A model generated the notes under the pieces. It saw nothing but the letters and a program-made list of their open reading frames with translations. It made no database searches and was not told the origin of the DNA. Both the position numbers and the translations under genes were made by a program. From the NCBI GenBank assembly GCA_963674965.2, contig CAXXFL010000005.1:96001-160000 (forward strand): 64,000 nucleotides of DNA, given 5' to 3'. This document shows positions 9,852-19,210 of this stretch, one piece after another (the first letter of the stretch is position 1; each line of letters starts with the position of its first letter). Source of the DNA: a bacterium (GTDB taxonomy: Bacteria; RBG-13-61-14; DATKZS01).

Positions 9852-11864
9852 TCAGTCCCGGCCTATCCATACGGCCATATCAGACTTGCCCCGGTTGGCC
9901 CAGGCGTAATAGGGAATGGCGGTTAACGTCTCGCCCCGATGAGTCTTGCCCGTTATTTTTACCACGCCTCCCAGGAGTCCATCGTCGAACTCGGCCTCGA
10001 GTTCTGGGACGCGCGCCATGAAAAGCCCGTGCACGTCAAGACCGGGGTTATCCTTGTCCTCCAGGCAATAGACGAGGGGACCGCGAACGACGCTGACCTT
10101 ACCCGCGTTCTCCTTGACTCTCGGGTCGGACTCGACGATTTCCACCTCCATCTCGTAATCGAGTTCCAGCGCGTCGCCCGGTTGCCACGCCCGAGATATC
10201 CCGACGTAATCCCCCGGAGCGGAGTCGATCCTCCGCGGCTCTCCGTTCAGTCTTGCCCGTGCTCTCCTGGCCCATATCGGCCGGCGGAAAAAGAGAGTAA
10301 AGGACATGGGGACCTCGGGGTCAACCGCGATAAGGACTTTCCCATCCCAGGGAAAGCCGCTCTTGACGCCGATCAAGACCTTGCCCTCCGGCCTCGTGAA
10401 GGACGCCTCTCCGCCCACGAATTGATGGACGTATATCCCATCCTCGTTCTCGCCGTATACGTACCTTTCGATCGAGGCGATAAGGCGCGCGATGTTGGGA
10501 GGACAGCAAGCCGTTTGATACCAGGGTTGTCTCTCGTCTTTTCCGTATGACGCCAGGGGATTGCGGTAGAAAAATTTCTTGCCGTCAAGGGACAGGCCGG
10601 ACAAAAAGCCGTTATACAGGGTCCGCTCGATCTGGTCCGCGTACTTGGCCTCCCCCCCGGCCATAAGCATGCGGTGGGAGAAGAACACGCTTCCCGCGGC
10701 GGCGCAGGTCTCCGCGTAGGAGCGGTTGGGCAACTCGTAGTCTCGGCCGAAGCCCTCGGTAACGGGCAAAGACCCCATGCCGCCCGTGACGTAGGTCCTT
10801 TTATTGACGGTGTTGTCCCAGATGGTGGAAAGCGCCGCGAGAAGACGCTCCTCCCCGATCTCAAGATAAAGGTCCGTCGCGCCCGCGTAATAATACATGG
10901 CCCTGACCGAGTGACCCACCCCGGCGGTCTGCTCCTCGATGGGCTTTTGCCTCTGAAAATAACGGCCCGACCGGAAGTCGGCGAAGGCCCTGGGCAAAAC
11001 GGAAAGAGGGACGTCGGTGAAACCGTAGGACGCGCCGGCCGACTTGTCGTCCTCGGGGAGATAAGGCTTCCTGATCTTCGCCACCTTACGCGAAAGAGAC
11101 GCCTGGTCCGCCGCGTCTTCCAAGAGCGCCTTGACGTAGCCCTTCCTCTTGCCCCGCTGGTGGATAAAGTAAGAGGCCGCGTCAAGATACCTGGTGTCTC
11201 CAGTGGTCCGGTAAAGCCGGACCAGGGCCAACTCGATCTCCTGGTGGCCGGGGACTTCCTCCGCCTTGTCCGCCCGGAAGCGCTCCGCCACGTGGTCAGC
11301 CAGGCGCGTGGCCGGACCGATAAGGTCCTCGTTCCCCGAGGCGTGAAAATGAGCGCAACCTGCCTCGATAAGATGTCCGGCGCAATAAAGCTCATGGTTC
11401 ATCCATAAATTGGTCCATCTCGCCTCGGGAGCGAAGCTCTGGTAGTAGGTATTGATATAGCCGTCCTCCATCTGGACCTCGCCTATCAGGCCGACCACCT
11501 CGCTTACGCGGTCCCTGATCCACTCGTCCTCCGGATTTTTCTGGAGAAAATACGAAGCCGCCTCCAGCCACTTGTAAAGGTCGGAGTCCGCGTATACCGG
11601 TCCTAAATGTACTCCCTCGGCCCTTCCCGCCAGGACTCGGAAATTATTCAGGTGATGATGTTTTTCCATCTGCTCCCATTCCGCCGGCAAGGTCACGGTC
11701 CGGATCATCTCTTGGCGCGGGGTCCAGAAATCATCCTCGATCTTCACCCTGGCGAGCGGCACTTCATTGATAACGGCGTGAGGAGTGGCGTCCATGCAAA
11801 AGGCCTCCGTCGAGAAATATAAAGCGGCCGACAATAGTATCGGCCAAACCAGTATATGTTTCAT
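9852..11864 (-). CDS. Glycoside hydrolase family 127 (beta-L-arabinofuranosidase-like), with signal peptide
   Basis: DSDLYKWLEAA, HELYCAGHLIEA, GHQEIELALVRLY, GHSVRAMY, YAETCAA, ACCPPN, RGPLVYCLE, IPYYAWANRG. Confidence 0.93.
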   Translation of the reverse strand: MKHILVWPILLSAALYFSTEAFCMDATPHAVINEVPLARVKIEDDFWTPRQEMIRTVTLPAEWEQMEKHHHLNNFRVLAGRAEGVHLGPVYADSDLYKWLEAASYFLQKNPEDEWIRDRVSEVVGLIGEVQMEDGYINTYYQSFAPEARWTNLWMNHELYCAGHLIEAGCAHFHASGNEDLIGPATRLADHVAERFRADKAEEVPGHQEIELALVRLYRTTGDTRYLDAASYFIHQRGKRKGYVKALLEDAADQASLSRKVAKIRKPYLPEDDKSAGASYGFTDVPLSVLPRAFADFRSGRYFQRQKPIEEQTAGVGHSVRAMYYYAGATDLYLEIGEERLLAALSTIWDNTVNKRTYVTGGMGSLPVTEGFGRDYELPNRSYAETCAAAGSVFFSHRMLMAGGEAKYADQIERTLYNGFLSGLSLDGKKFFYRNPLASYGKDERQPWYQTACCPPNIARLIASIERYVYGENEDGIYVHQFVGGEASFTRPEGKVLIGVKSGFPWDGKVLIAVDPEVPMSFTLFFRRPIWARRARARLNGEPRRIDSAPGDYVGISRAWQPGDALELDYEMEVEIVESDPRVKENAGKVSVVRGPLVYCLEDKDNPGLDVHGLFMARVPELEAEFDDGLLGGVVKITGKTHRGETLTAIPYYAWANRGKSDMAVWIGRD

Positions 11865-12150
11865 TTGGCAACTCGACTCCTTTTTCGTTCTTTAGCAAAA
11901 CGGATTGAACCAAGACATTATTTGATATTAATCGCGCGGCGGAGCCATTACAAGAGAAATCTGCACCCAAAGGCTTGGATTATTGAGCGTCGATTCACGT
12001 CAACCGGAGTGTTTGAGAATCAGTAGGGGAAGTCCTTTGCGGCGTGAAATGCGGCGTGCTATTCTTTGTCTTGCCGGGATTGTCCTTGTTTGGACCGCTC
12101 GCCGTAAAGTCACTTATTTGATTTTAATTCGGGGCGTTTGGATATTGGAA

Positions 12151-13293
12151 ATGAAAAACGAAAGATCAAGGGGCCGCTGGGCCTTCAGAATAATTATCCT
12201 GCTTTTCGCGCTGGGAATTTTTTTTACGGGCATTGAGGTTTACTTTCGTTATTTTACAAATACGGCGATTATTATTCCAGGGTTGGCCCGCCAGAAGAAC
12301 GCCTTGAGTTACAAGGCAAGCCTTTTCAGCAGACAAGTATTAGAGCCGTCGGCCATGGTGGTCAAGGGCCACTTCGATACTTATTACGGGATAAACTCCA
12401 AGGGATACAGGGGGCCGGAATTTTCCTTTGAAAAACCGGAGGGCACGATCAGGATTATGGTATATGGCGGATCGGCGGTGTTCGATATCCTCATGAGCAT
12501 GGACGATCACTGGCCGTATAAAGCCCAAGGCCTGCTCCATGAAAGGGGCTTCACAAAGGTGGAGGTCATTAACGCCGGCATACCGGGTCACGCTTCTTTC
12601 GACTCGGTGGGACGACTGTTCTCGGAGGGGCACTATTACGCCCCCGATTTCGTGGCGATGGACAACGCCTGGAACGACTTGAAATACTTCCTCTATAAAG
12701 GCCCGCCAATCCCGCTGGTAGAGCCTTATCATAGAAGCCGCGACCCACGACTGGACTATCATAACGCCGTTGACCGGTTCCTGGGCGAGCGTCTTTCTTC
12801 TTATCTTTTTGTAAGGCAGAAATTTTATATAGACAAACTGAACATAGGACCGGAAGGAGGGCTGGGGGACTTCGAAAAGGAACCGGACGTCCAAAATAGC
12901 GCCCTCAGGCAATATAAGCTCAATTTCATGGCCTTCGCGGATATAGCTAGGGACGCGGGAGCCGAGCCGGTCCTTATCATTCAGCCTCGCCTGGTCTCCG
13001 CCGATAACCGGGAAGAAGACAAGGAAAAAATCAGATACGAATACCCCGGAATGGACCATCGACAACTTGTCGAGGCTTTTTCCATGACCGATGAAATTAT
13101 TTCCGAAGTCGCAAGGGAAAAAGAAGCTTTTCTGATAGACTCCACAAGCCGGCTTACCGGAAAACCCGAGTATTTCGAGGACCACGTCCATTTTTCAAAG
13201 AAAGGGTCGGATAAAATGGCCGAAATATTCGCCGGCGAAATGGAAAAAATATTATTGGAAAAAAGCCGCGCAAGCTCTTTGCCCGCGCCATAA
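12151..13293 (+). CDS. Membrane-anchored SGNH/GDSL hydrolase family protein
   Basis: N-terminal TM; INSKGYRG; GGSAVF (block I), NAGIPG (block II), AWND (block III), DHVH (block V). Confidence 0.82.
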   Translation: MKNERSRGRWAFRIIILLFALGIFFTGIEVYFRYFTNTAIIIPGLARQKNALSYKASLFSRQVLEPSAMVVKGHFDTYYGINSKGYRGPEFSFEKPEGTIRIMVYGGSAVFDILMSMDDHWPYKAQGLLHERGFTKVEVINAGIPGHASFDSVGRLFSEGHYYAPDFVAMDNAWNDLKYFLYKGPPIPLVEPYHRSRDPRLDYHNAVDRFLGERLSSYLFVRQKFYIDKLNIGPEGGLGDFEKEPDVQNSALRQYKLNFMAFADIARDAGAEPVLIIQPRLVSADNREEDKEKIRYEYPGMDHRQLVEAFSMTDEIISEVAREKEAFLIDSTSRLTGKPEYFEDHVHFSKKGSDKMAEIFAGEMEKILLEKSRASSLPAP

Positions 13294-13426
13294 AATTTGA
13301 TCGGTCATCATGCCGGCGCCTTCCATTTCCTCCTCTGACGAAGCTTTCACCGCCGTCCCTTCTTAAGGACCGGTATTGATTAATTAATCTTACCGGTATA
13401 CAATGTAGAGTGAAAGGAGATCGTCC

Positions 13427-13693
13427 ATGGGAAAAGAGGCTAGCGAATACAAGGGGGAGAGGGCGAAGATTATAATGATGGGCACGAGGAAAAACGTGCC
13501 CGGTTGGAAGGGAGAACTATTCGTGGCCGTGATCCAGTATGGAGATTCTGACAACGTCAAATACGACGTAATTCCCGACTCGACCGATCCCTCGGAAGTT
13601 GACGATCTGCCCGAGGTCAAGACCTTCGAAGACAGGAGCCTGGCAATAAATCACTTTATGCGGCTGGAACAAAACAAAAACAAATGGAAATAA
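13427..13693 (+). CDS. Small hypothetical protein (88 aa)
   Basis: Strong RBS (AAAGGAGA) and protein-like composition; no family recognised. Confidence 0.7.
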   Translation: MGKEASEYKGERAKIIMMGTRKNVPGWKGELFVAVIQYGDSDNVKYDVIPDSTDPSEVDDLPEVKTFEDRSLAINHFMRLEQNKNKWK

Positions 13694-13994
13694 TCCAGGG
13701 GCAAGACGGCCGCGGCAAAGCGATCGGCGCCGCGGATTTGGCGCCGGCAAAATTCTTTTATGACCCCTCCGTAAGTCGCATGATTCCGCATCGCGCTTAA
13801 AAACGTTTCCTTGAAATTCATTACCACTCGGTAAGTGATGGATTTATCTATGTTTCATTACACGTCACTCAGGAATCCCACTATGTCAAAAGGTCAAGAC
13901 CGCATTCCTTATTGGAAGGATTGAATCTGAATTCGCGCTCGTAAATCCCCGTTAACCCGCTAATTTGGAAGTCATAATCATGGATTAGCCAAAG

Positions 13995-14011
13995 TCGGAA
14001 CAATAATTGCT
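13995..14011 (+). promoter_or_regulatory. Sigma54 (RpoN)-type -24/-12 promoter
   Basis: tcGGAACaataaTTGCt has exact GG-N10-GC spacing, about 95 bp upstream of the beta-barrel gene in an AT-rich intergenic region. Confidence 0.55.
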
Positions 14012-14104
14012 CCTATTTATAAACATTAGAAATTACTAATTTTTACGCGGGTTATAAAAAAATGGCGTGACCGCCAAAGGCGGTCGAAACGGAAAGGAGA
14101 GAAC

Positions 14105-15337
14105 ATGAGCGAGAAACGGACTAACGCGTTGGCATTAGGCGCCGTGCTTCTACTTTGCATGTTCACCAGTCAGTTGGCCGTAGCCGACGGCACGGAAGTG
14201 CTTCCCAAGGGAAGAAGCGCGGTAAACGTGGGTTACATTTTCGATTATTTCGACCGGGAGTTCGACGACGCGGGAAGCGACAGGGAGGTTGGCTACTATC
14301 TTAACGAGACCGACGTGACCGATTTGGGCGAGATGGTAATAGCTGGCGAGCTTGCCTCGCAGGGCGTATTCCTGCCTTATCCGAACAGTGACATTTTAAG
14401 ATACGCCTATACTGAACTGAAAGGCGAGGTGAAAGTCGACATAATCGGGTTCTCCTACGCCTACGGCGTAACCGAGAACCTGACCGTCGGCCTGGGCTTT
14501 CCCTATTTCACCAGGGCCCAGACCGACGTCGAGTTCGACGTGCGGGTCCTGCCCAGCGCCACGGCCCAGGCCACGCCCGTGGCCCCGGGCGTAAGCCTGG
14601 CGGACGTGATCAACGGCATGGACGCCAAGGAACTGGCCCAGGGATTCTTAACTGACCTTGGCTACTACAGGCTGGACGACTGGAGCGGTGACCCCGGCAT
14701 CGGCGACCTGAAAGTCTTCGCCAAGTACCGCTTCCTCAACCAGGACCACTGGAAGGCCGCCGCCGGCGGCTTCGTGCAGATACCCACCGGCGAGCCGGAC
14801 GACGAGAGGAACGTGGCCGATATAAGGTACGGAAGCGGCGCCTACGAGACCGGGGCCTTCGCCATGGTCGACCTCATCCCGTGGGACCCCATGACTCTGA
14901 ACCTGACGGGAAGATACGTGGTTATCTGGCCCTATGATCGGGGGGTGTTCGTTCTCGACCCGAACGACCCCGTCTTCGGTGACAAGTTTTACCAGGAAGA
15001 GTTCGCCACTCTCCACGTGAACGGAGAATACGACAAGGGAGACTATTACGAGCTCGAGACCGAGTATTCCTGGGAAGTCTACAAGGGCGTTACGCCCTTC
15101 GTCGGCTACGTTTACAAGCAGACCCAGTCGGACAAGATCGACGGAGACGTGATGCCGAAAACCATCGAGATCGAGCGGAAGCTCTTCTACGGACTGACGG
15201 CCAGCTCCGTGCCCTACTATCAGGACGGCAAGGTCAAGCTGCCCATGTCCCTTAGCGTATACAACGAGCCGGTGCTGACGGGCAAAAACGTGGAGAAGAC
15301 TAACAGGTTCTATTTTATGACCACGTTCTATTTCTAA
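14105..15337 (+). CDS. Outer-membrane beta-barrel protein (transporter / MetA-pathway-of-phenol-degradation-like)
   Basis: Signal peptide (AVA-DG); YGVTENLTVG..PY, GIGDLKVFAKYRF, IPTG...YGSG motifs; C-terminal beta-signal YFMTTFYF. Confidence 0.72.
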   Translation: MSEKRTNALALGAVLLLCMFTSQLAVADGTEVLPKGRSAVNVGYIFDYFDREFDDAGSDREVGYYLNETDVTDLGEMVIAGELASQGVFLPYPNSDILRYAYTELKGEVKVDIIGFSYAYGVTENLTVGLGFPYFTRAQTDVEFDVRVLPSATAQATPVAPGVSLADVINGMDAKELAQGFLTDLGYYRLDDWSGDPGIGDLKVFAKYRFLNQDHWKAAAGGFVQIPTGEPDDERNVADIRYGSGAYETGAFAMVDLIPWDPMTLNLTGRYVVIWPYDRGVFVLDPNDPVFGDKFYQEEFATLHVNGEYDKGDYYELETEYSWEVYKGVTPFVGYVYKQTQSDKIDGDVMPKTIEIERKLFYGLTASSVPYYQDGKVKLPMSLSVYNEPVLTGKNVEKTNRFYFMTTFYF

Positions 15338-15479
15338 TGGGACGTCACGATAAAGGGGAAAAATCGAGGCGACGCCCTCGATAGCGTGAAACCGGCGAGC
15401 GGCCGTGGACCTTCATGGTCCTCGGCCGCGCCCGCTTCTGGAGTATAAGGGCCGTAAGAAACGCCGGCGACTCCGCCAT

Positions 15480-16235
15480 TTAAACCTTCAACCTCATCAG
15501 GTCCCGGGCCTGGATGACCTCTCCCTTAAATTCCCTCCTGGCCGGCCCCACCATGTCCTCGCCCTTGCACTGGGGGTAGAAGTGGGTAAGGACCAGGCGT
15601 CCGGCCCCCGCCCTTCTCGCTATCTTTCCCGCCTGGGAGGGGATAAGATGCCCATCTTTAGGTTCCTTCTCGGGAAAGGCCGACTCGATCACGAGGAGGT
15701 CGCAGCCCTCGGCCAACTCGACTATCTCGTCGCAATACTCGAGGTCGCCGCCATAGACGAAGGACTTGCCGCCGTAATCGACGCGATAAGCCAGGCTGGA
15801 CTCGGAGTGACGAACGTGGGCCGAGGCGATCGTAAGTTCCTTATAGTCGAAGGATTGCAGGCGCCTCGTCAGGGGATGCAGTCTTACCTCGGCCCCACTC
15901 GGCTCGAGCCAACCGCCAAAGACGCCCTTGAGAGTCTCGTAAAAATGCTCGAAGGCGTGAGGCGCGAATACGTCGAGGGTCTTCTCCCTTCCGTATTCCG
16001 GGTTATGGGTCAGGAACAGATAGGCGGGAAAATCCATGACGTGGTCAATATGAAGATGGGAGTAAAAAATGGCGTCTATCTTTCGAAAGTCCACGCCCGC
16101 CTCCGTGAGCCGAAACCACGAGCCGGGCCCCGTGTCGAAAACAAGCTTAAGGCCCCGAGTCAAAAGACAAAGTCCGGGAGCGCGTCGCCCGGGGTCCGGA
16201 TAGATCGTGCCCGTGCCTAAAAATACTATCTCCAT
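15480..16235 (-). CDS. MBL-fold metallo-hydrolase, RNase Z/BN-like
   Basis: Start MEIVFLGTG; DTGPG, SHLHIDH (HxHxDH), YGGD, GHL, LVLTHFYP. Confidence 0.88.
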   Translation of the reverse strand: MEIVFLGTGTIYPDPGRRAPGLCLLTRGLKLVFDTGPGSWFRLTEAGVDFRKIDAIFYSHLHIDHVMDFPAYLFLTHNPEYGREKTLDVFAPHAFEHFYETLKGVFGGWLEPSGAEVRLHPLTRRLQSFDYKELTIASAHVRHSESSLAYRVDYGGKSFVYGGDLEYCDEIVELAEGCDLLVIESAFPEKEPKDGHLIPSQAGKIARRAGAGRLVLTHFYPQCKGEDMVGPARREFKGEVIQARDLMRLKV

Positions 16236-16383
16236 TATCGAGTTCCTCTTTCTTTCCTTTTCAGGCCCGGGCCACTGTCCAACCTCCCGGCCGAGGCATA
16301 AACATAACACGGCCGCGCCCCCGTTTATACTTGCAATAAAGGGAGGTCTGGGCGATATTGATTCTTTAAAGGAGTCACGCCAC

Positions 16384-17883
16384 ATGAGTTCGTCATACAA
16401 GATCATTCCCGACTTCGAGGAATATAAAAAGCTCGGCGAAAAGGGAAACCTCATACCGGTGTACGCCGAGATACTGGGCGACCTCGAGACGCCCGTGTCG
16501 GCTTTCCTTCGCTTCATGGACTCGGACTACGCCTATCTTCTCGAGAGCGTGGAAGGCGGCGAGAAATGGGCCCGGTACTCGTTCCTGGGCGCCGATCCCA
16601 AGGTCATCTTCCGCTCGAGGGGAAAAAGGGCCGAGATTATAAGGGGCTCACGGGCGGACGTGGTCGAGGGCTTCGACGACGCGCTCTACGCCCTTCGCGA
16701 CCTGATGAACGAGTACCGCCCGGTCGAGATCGAGGGCCTGCCGCGCTTCATCGGGGGGGCCGTTGGATATATTTCTTACGACATGGTCCGCTATTTCGAG
16801 CGTCTTCCCGACCTGACCGACGACGAGTTGGCCGTTTACGACACTCATTTCATCATCACCGACACCATCATCGTCTTCGACAACCTGACGCACACGATGA
16901 AGGTGGTGGTGAACTCCCACGTTCCCGAGGGCGCGGACCTGGAGGAAAGCTACGGAGACGCGGTCGAGCGCATCGAGGAGCTGATCGAGCTTTTGCAGGA
17001 GCCGGTCTGGCTCGATCCTCCCGAGCCATATAACGACGAGCTCGAGTACCGCTCGAACTTCGAGCGAGACGAGTACATGGAGGTGGTCAAGAGGTGCAAG
17101 CGCTACATCCGGGAGGGAGACATAATTCAGGTGGTGCCGAGTCAGCGCTTCAGGGCCCCGGCCAAGGTCGATCCCATCCACCTTTACCGCGCTTTAAGGC
17201 AGGTCAACCCCTCTCCTTACATGTTCTTTCTCAAACTCGGCGGCGAGACCTTAATCGGCAGCTCGCCCGAGGTCCTCATCCGGGTGGAGGGAAGCGACAC
17301 CGAGCTTCGGCCCATCGCCGGGACCAGGCCGAGGGGAAAGACCCTTGACGACGATACCTTCATGGAGCAGGACCTGAAAAGCGACCCCAAGGAGATGGCC
17401 GAGCACATCATGCTGGTGGACCTGGGCAGGAACGACCTGGGCCGCGTGTGCGAAATAGGAAGCGTCACCGTGACCGAGTTGGCCATAGTTGAAAGATACA
17501 GCCACGTCATGCACCTGGTCTCGAACGTGACGGGCAAGGTCAGGCCCGAGTTCGACGCCTACGACGTGTTCCGGGCGTCATTCCCGGCCGGCACCCTCAC
17601 CGGCGCGCCCAAGATACGCGCCATGGAGATAATCGAGGAAATGGAGCCGACCAAGCGCGGATGCTACGGCGGCGCCGTGGGCTACTTCTCCTTTACGGGG
17701 AACATGGACATGTGCATCGCCATCCGCACCGTCCTTATCAAGGACGGTATGCTCAACGTCCAGGCCGGCGGCGGAGTGGTGGCGGACTCGGACCCGGCGG
17801 CCGAGTTCCAGGAAACGGTCAACAAGGCCGGGGCCCTGATGAAAGCCGTGAGGATGGCGCGCAATGGCCTTATCATCGAGTAA
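16384..17883 (+). CDS. trpE: Anthranilate synthase component I
   Basis: DLETPVSAF, LLESVEGGEKWARYS, NPSPYMF, SSPE, PIAGTRPRG, EHIMLVDLGRND, FPAGTLTGAPKIRAM. Confidence 0.93.
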   Translation: MSSSYKIIPDFEEYKKLGEKGNLIPVYAEILGDLETPVSAFLRFMDSDYAYLLESVEGGEKWARYSFLGADPKVIFRSRGKRAEIIRGSRADVVEGFDDALYALRDLMNEYRPVEIEGLPRFIGGAVGYISYDMVRYFERLPDLTDDELAVYDTHFIITDTIIVFDNLTHTMKVVVNSHVPEGADLEESYGDAVERIEELIELLQEPVWLDPPEPYNDELEYRSNFERDEYMEVVKRCKRYIREGDIIQVVPSQRFRAPAKVDPIHLYRALRQVNPSPYMFFLKLGGETLIGSSPEVLIRVEGSDTELRPIAGTRPRGKTLDDDTFMEQDLKSDPKEMAEHIMLVDLGRNDLGRVCEIGSVTVTELAIVERYSHVMHLVSNVTGKVRPEFDAYDVFRASFPAGTLTGAPKIRAMEIIEEMEPTKRGCYGGAVGYFSFTGNMDMCIAIRTVLIKDGMLNVQAGGGVVADSDPAAEFQETVNKAGALMKAVRMARNGLIIE

Positions 17884-17940
17884 GCCGGGCGAGGCCCCCG
17901 GCCGTCCGCCCATCCAACGCGACGTTGCAAGGAGAACGAA

Positions 17941-18390
17941 ATGAAATTCGAGAAACCCGGTCAGATCGCCATAGTGGTAAAGGACGTGGAGAAGGCCACC
18001 AAGTTTCTTTTCGAGAACTTCGGTATCGGTCCCTTTACCATCATGGAGATTAATAACGGCGAGGCCCTTTACAAGGGTAAGGAATCGAACTACTCGGCCA
18101 GGATCGGCATATGCGGACTCGGCGGCGTCATGTTCGAGGTCATCCAGGTCACGGGCGGCGAGACCATCATGAACGACCCCGATTACGTTCCCCCCCCCGG
18201 CCAGGGCGTGCATCATATCGGTTTCTTCGTGCCCGACGCCGAGGCGGCCGCCCGCGAGTTCGAGGAGCAGGGCGGCAAGGTCCTTCAGCGCAGTTGGCCC
18301 CAGCCGGGATCCCAGACCATCTACCTCGACACTCCCCGCTTCGCCGGCATGCTGGTCGAGTTGATTCAGCTCGGGGGAGTGAAGCGTTGA
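17941..18390 (+). CDS. VOC family protein (methylmalonyl-CoA epimerase/glyoxalase-like)
   Basis: QIAIVVKDVEKA, FEVIQ, GVHHIGFFVPD, LVELIQ. Confidence 0.85.
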   Translation: MKFEKPGQIAIVVKDVEKATKFLFENFGIGPFTIMEINNGEALYKGKESNYSARIGICGLGGVMFEVIQVTGGETIMNDPDYVPPPGQGVHHIGFFVPDAEAAAREFEEQGGKVLQRSWPQPGSQTIYLDTPRFAGMLVELIQLGGVKR

Positions 18391-19190
18391 GCCGGAAAAC
18401 GTGCCTGGTAACCGGCGCGAGCCGCGGCATCGGCCGGGCCGTTGCCCTCGAGCTTTCCCGCCGGGGCTGGAAGGTCTACGGCTCGGGCCGCTCGATTGAC
18501 GGCGAGGAGGACCTTGGCTTTACCCCGATCGTCATGGACGTGACGGACCCGGAGTCGGTCAAGGCCGGCGTCGAGCTGATTCTTGGCGAGTTCGGACGCC
18601 TGGACGCCGCGGTCAACAACGCGGGCGTAAGCCATTGCGGCTCGGTGGAGGACACGCCCGTCGAGGTGGCGCGCCGGGTTTTCGAGACCAACTACTTCGG
18701 CCTCTTGAACGTGACGCGGGCCGTGCTTCCCATTATGCGCGAAAGGGGAAGCGGGACCATCGCCAACGTGACCAGCGCCGCCGGCAAGATCGGCGTGCCC
18801 TTCCAGCCTCACTACGCGGCCTCCAAGTGGGCCGTCGAGGGACTCACCGAGGCCCTCTGGCATGAGGTCAAACAATTCGGCGTCCGCGTCATCATCATCG
18901 AGCCCGGCGACGTGGGCACGACCATCTGGGAAAATAGCAAGGAGGAGCCGCCCGAGGGATCGGCTTACGCGGAAAGCCAGCGAAGATACCTAGCGGTCAA
19001 GGCCAGGGAAATGGGAGGCAACGCCGACCCGCCCGAGAACGCCGCCCGGCAGATATCCGACGCCCTCGAGGCCGGATCGAGACGGCTCAGGTATCCAGCG
19101 GCCAAGGGCGCCGGGCTTATCCTGGCGGCGAGAAAACTACTGCCCGATTCCCTCTTCCTCATGGCCGTGGGCAGAAACTACAAGCTCTGA
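18387..19190 (+). CDS. Short-chain dehydrogenase/reductase
   Basis: TTG start overlapping the upstream stop; VTGASRGIG, NNAG, YAASK, IEPG. Confidence 0.92.
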   Translation: MSRKTCLVTGASRGIGRAVALELSRRGWKVYGSGRSIDGEEDLGFTPIVMDVTDPESVKAGVELILGEFGRLDAAVNNAGVSHCGSVEDTPVEVARRVFETNYFGLLNVTRAVLPIMRERGSGTIANVTSAAGKIGVPFQPHYAASKWAVEGLTEALWHEVKQFGVRVIIIEPGDVGTTIWENSKEEPPEGSAYAESQRRYLAVKAREMGGNADPPENAARQISDALEAGSRRLRYPAAKGAGLILAARKLLPDSLFLMAVGRNYKL

Positions 19191-19210
19191 TCCTCTTCGG
19201 GTGGCAAGCG

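Noticed and set aside
16207-16517. Apparent head-to-head overlap of the extended MBL and trpE ORFs
   Set aside because: Artefact of longest-ORF calling; realistic starts (16235 minus, 16384 plus) leave a normal divergent promoter gap
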